From an uncultured bacterium (lineage in GTDB: Bacteria; Abyssobacteria; SURF-5): a stretch of 21,383 nucleotides of DNA. The stretch lies in contig CAZSKP010000047.1 in the NCBI GenBank assembly GCA_964607485.1, positions 1-21,383 of the forward strand, given 5' to 3'. Of the stretch, positions 18,058-21,383 are shown in pieces (position 1 is the first letter of the stretch; each line of letters opens with the position of its first letter). The position numbers and the translations under genes are program-made. The notes beneath the pieces are model-generated. The model saw only the letters and a list, made by a program, of their open reading frames with translations. It was not told the DNA's origin and made no database searches.

Positions 18058-18758
18058 CGTTCCTCCTCGATTTCATACCGTATGTATCGCTTCTTCATCC
18101 ACCTGACGGCCAACAGATCAACAAACGCCTTCACTATCCGGTTCCGTATGTTATATTTCGTCTTGCCCAGCGTGCGTTCCCGGTGATTGACGGGCACCTC
18201 GACGACACTGTACCCCTCCAGTTTGACGAGAGTGGGAAGGAAGCGGTGCATCCCCTCGAAGAGCTTCAGCTCTTCAACGCACTTTCTCTTATACGCCTTC
18301 AGCGAACATCCGACGTCCACAACCTGCTCATTGCTGAGTTTGTTTCTCACGTAGTTGGCGACCCGGCTCGACACGCGGCGTACGAGGTTGTCGCGCCTTT
18401 TCTTGCGCCAGCCGCACACCACGTCGTAGCGGTCCAACTCCCGTATCAAGAGGGGGATGTCGCGGGGGTCGTTCTGCATGTCGGCGTCGAGCGTGACGAT
18501 GATGTCGCCCTTGGCATGCTTGAAGCCGGCGGCCATCGCGGAAGTCTGCCCGCAGTTCTTCCTGAAACCGATGAAGTGCACCTCGGGGTGCTCGTCGGCG
18601 AGCTTTCGCATCAGGTCGCGCGTGCCGTCGTGGCTGCCGTCGTCAACGTACAGGACCTCGAATTCCTGCCCGATGCCGCGCATCGTCTCGAGCACTTCGT
18701 CGGTGAGGGGCCCGAGGGATTCGACCTCGTTGTAGGCGGGTATCACGACGGAGATCAT
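18054..18758 (-). CDS. GT2 polyprenyl-phosphate glycosyltransferase (ArnC/DPM1-like), no C-terminal TM helices
   Basis: MISVVIPAYNE, VDDGSHDGT, NCGQTSA, DXD motif LDADMQNDPRD, VCGWR, DVGCSLK and MHRFLP. ATG 18758 overlaps the upstream stop (ATGA), so it is preferred over 18800. Confidence 0.92.
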   Translation of the reverse strand: MISVVIPAYNEVESLGPLTDEVLETMRGIGQEFEVLYVDDGSHDGTRDLMRKLADEHPEVHFIGFRKNCGQTSAMAAGFKHAKGDIIVTLDADMQNDPRDIPLLIRELDRYDVVCGWRKKRRDNLVRRVSSRVANYVRNKLSNEQVVDVGCSLKAYKRKCVEELKLFEGMHRFLPTLVKLEGYSVVEVPVNHRERTLGKTKYNIRNRIVKAFVDLLAVRWMKKRYIRYEIEEER

Positions 18759-19036
18759 GCGTCCCCAACCTCTCGTTGGTGGCCCAGCCTCATTCCGCAT
18801 TCAGGACACCACAGGTGACCGTGGTCGTACATCTCGCGGTTGCCGAAATATGCCTTTTGAATCTCAGGCAGCAGCCTCTCCATGGCGTCGTGGTACTCCT
18901 TCGAGCCGCGGCGGGGCACCTCCTCCTCCCGCTCCCTCATCAGGCGGAGACATTCGATCTCGACGTAATATTTCGGGACGTCCGGCGCTATCTCGGCGCC
19001 GCAACAGGCGCAGACAAATATATGATCGCCCGTCAT
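18755..19036 (-). CDS. Hypothetical protein with two CxxC motifs (possible Zn-binding)
   Basis: MTGDHIFVCACCGAEI...LWCPECGMRL. Fills the guaA-GT2 gap: ATG 19036 lies 5 nt after the guaA stop, and its stop overlaps the GT2 start. Confidence 0.72.
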   Translation of the reverse strand: MTGDHIFVCACCGAEIAPDVPKYYVEIECLRLMREREEEVPRRGSKEYHDAMERLLPEIQKAYFGNREMYDHGHLWCPECGMRLGHQREVGDA

Positions 19037-19041
19037 ACTCG

Positions 19042-20604
19042 CTACTCCCACTCTATTGTGCTCGGAGGCTTGGAGCTTATGTCGTAAACGACACGGTTCA
19101 CGCCCCTCACCTCGTTGATAATCCGGTTCGAAATTCTCGCCAGCACGTCATGCGGAAAGCGGAACCAATCGGCGGTCATGCCGTCCATGCTCGTGACCGC
19201 GCGCACCGTCACCACGTTTTCGTAGGTGCGCTCGTCGCCCATCACGCCGACGCTGCGCACGGGCAGAAGCACGACGAACGCCTGCCATATGTCTCTGTAC
19301 AGGCCGGCTCGCTTGATTTCCTCGATGGCGATGTAGTCGGCCTCTTTCAGCGTGACGAGCCTGTCCCTGGTGACCTCGCCCAGTATCCTCACCGCGAGGC
19401 CCGGCCCGGGAAACGGGTGCCGCCACAGGATTTCGTCCGGTATGCCCAGTTGCCTGCCGACCTCGCGCACCTCGTCCTTGAAAAGCTCTTTCAACGGTTC
19501 GATGAGCTCGAAGTTCATCTTCTCGGGCAGGCCGCCGACGTTGTGATGCGTCTTTATCGTCGAGGACGGCCCGCGCGTGGAGCGGCTCTCGATGACATCG
19601 GGGTAAAGCGTGCCCTGCGCAAGGTATTTGAATCGTCCGAGCCTGCCCGCCGCCTCCTCGAACACGCGGATGAACTCGGTCCCGATAATCTTTCTCTTCG
19701 TCTCCGGCTCCTCGACTCCCTTCAGTTTATCGAGGAACCAATCCCGGGCGTCAACGACGTCGAGGTTGATGGAGAAATGCCTACGAAACACCTCCTCGAC
19801 AAGCTGCGGCTCGTTCTTCCGAAGCAGTCCGTTATCGACGAAGATGCAATGAAGCTGGTCGCCCACCGCCTCGTGCAGGAGCGCCGCCGTCACGGAGGAA
19901 TCGACTCCGCCGCTGAGCGCGCACAGCACCTTTTCGTCGCCCACCTTCTCGCGGATGCGCCGCACTTCCTCCTCGACGAACGACCCCATGCTCCAGATGG
20001 GTTGGCACTTGCAAACGCGGAACAGGAAATTGCGCAGTATGTCGGCGCCGCGGGGCGTGTGCACCACTTCGGGATGAAACTGCAGGCCGTATATCGGCCT
20101 GCTCGAATGCTTTATCGCGCAGACGGCCGAATTCTCGGAAGCGCCGATGTTGATGAAGTCGGGCGGCATCGTTTCTATCCGGTCGCCGTGGCTCATCCAC
20201 ACCGTCAGCTCGGGCTCCAGCCCGTGGAACAGGCCCTGCGGGTCGAATTGCCTCACGGTGGCCTTGCCGTATTCCCTGTGAGTGGCCGGAATGACGGAAC
20301 CGCCCATGAGCTGCCCGATGACCTGCAGGCCGTAACATATGCCCAGTATGGGAATGTCGAGCCGGAGTATGGCCGGGTCGGGCAGAGGGGAGCCCTCGAC
20401 GGGGACGCTCGCCGGGCCGCCTGAGAGCACGATTCCGCTCGGCTTCATCGCCTCCAGTTTTGCCGCGCCGAGGTCGAACGGGTGTATTTCGCAATAGACG
20501 TGGCACTCACGTATTCGGCGGGCGATCAACTGGCTGTACTGCGAGCCGAAATCGAGGACCACGACGAGTTGTGAATGAGGGTCAGGCTTCATCTTGTCAG
20601 GCAT
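19042..20604 (-). CDS. guaA: GMP synthase (glutamine-hydrolysing)
   Basis: [69 protein letters not shown] and C-terminal KPPSTIEWE. Start ATG 20604 or 20592 (ORF open to 20631). Confidence 0.97.
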   Translation of the reverse strand: MPDKMKPDPHSQLVVVLDFGSQYSQLIARRIRECHVYCEIHPFDLGAAKLEAMKPSGIVLSGGPASVPVEGSPLPDPAILRLDIPILGICYGLQVIGQLMGGSVIPATHREYGKATVRQFDPQGLFHGLEPELTVWMSHGDRIETMPPDFINIGASENSAVCAIKHSSRPIYGLQFHPEVVHTPRGADILRNFLFRVCKCQPIWSMGSFVEEEVRRIREKVGDEKVLCALSGGVDSSVTAALLHEAVGDQLHCIFVDNGLLRKNEPQLVEEVFRRHFSINLDVVDARDWFLDKLKGVEEPETKRKIIGTEFIRVFEEAAGRLGRFKYLAQGTLYPDVIESRSTRGPSSTIKTHHNVGGLPEKMNFELIEPLKELFKDEVREVGRQLGIPDEILWRHPFPGPGLAVRILGEVTRDRLVTLKEADYIAIEEIKRAGLYRDIWQAFVVLLPVRSVGVMGDERTYENVVTVRAVTSMDGMTADWFRFPHDVLARISNRIINEVRGVNRVVYDISSKPPSTIEWE

Positions 20605-20658
20605 CGGGGAAACCCGGGGGCGTGCCCGCAACTTTGACGGTCAGGTTTCGGAAATCTT

Positions 20659-21383
<725 letters not shown>

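Noticed and set aside
16086-18758. Calling these genes arnT/arnC (L-Ara4N, polymyxin resistance)
   Set aside because: Family-level similarity only. arnA/B/D/E/F are absent from the window and the donor sugar cannot be read from sequence.
18757-20424. 555-aa plus-strand ORF
   Set aside because: Antisense shadow of guaA with no recognisable motifs; expected from high-GC codon bias.
20605-20658. Possible purine-sensing riboswitch between guaB and guaA
   Set aside because: The gap is only about 55 nt and no aptamer consensus is visible.

Overview
Bacterial chromosomal window, mostly high GC (about 60-65% by eye), with nearly all genes on the minus strand. In transcription order: guaB (partial), guaA, a small CxxC/CxxC protein, a soluble ArnC/DPM1-like GT2, a LAB_N small membrane protein, three ArnT/GT-C glycosyltransferases, two hypothetical envelope proteins, plsC, then purB-purC-purF-purM-purL-purQ. 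These converge on a partial DegP/HtrA protease on the plus strand. The best candidate for an undescribed system is the polyprenyl-phosphate-sugar surface/lipid glycosylation cassette, which has no arnABD/arnEF or gtrA in the window. One of its transferases is fused to a calcineurin-like metallophosphoesterase, and another has its conserved DE motif replaced by NQ. Other points: a sharp GC/codon-usage break inside purQ (about 970-1000; possible assembly chimera or recombination), a PurL carrying two fused PurS-like repeats, an orphan PilC/GspF-like N-terminal domain on a single-pass membrane protein, and an unannotated 45-aa ORF. No tRNA, rRNA, CRISPR array or transposase was recognised.
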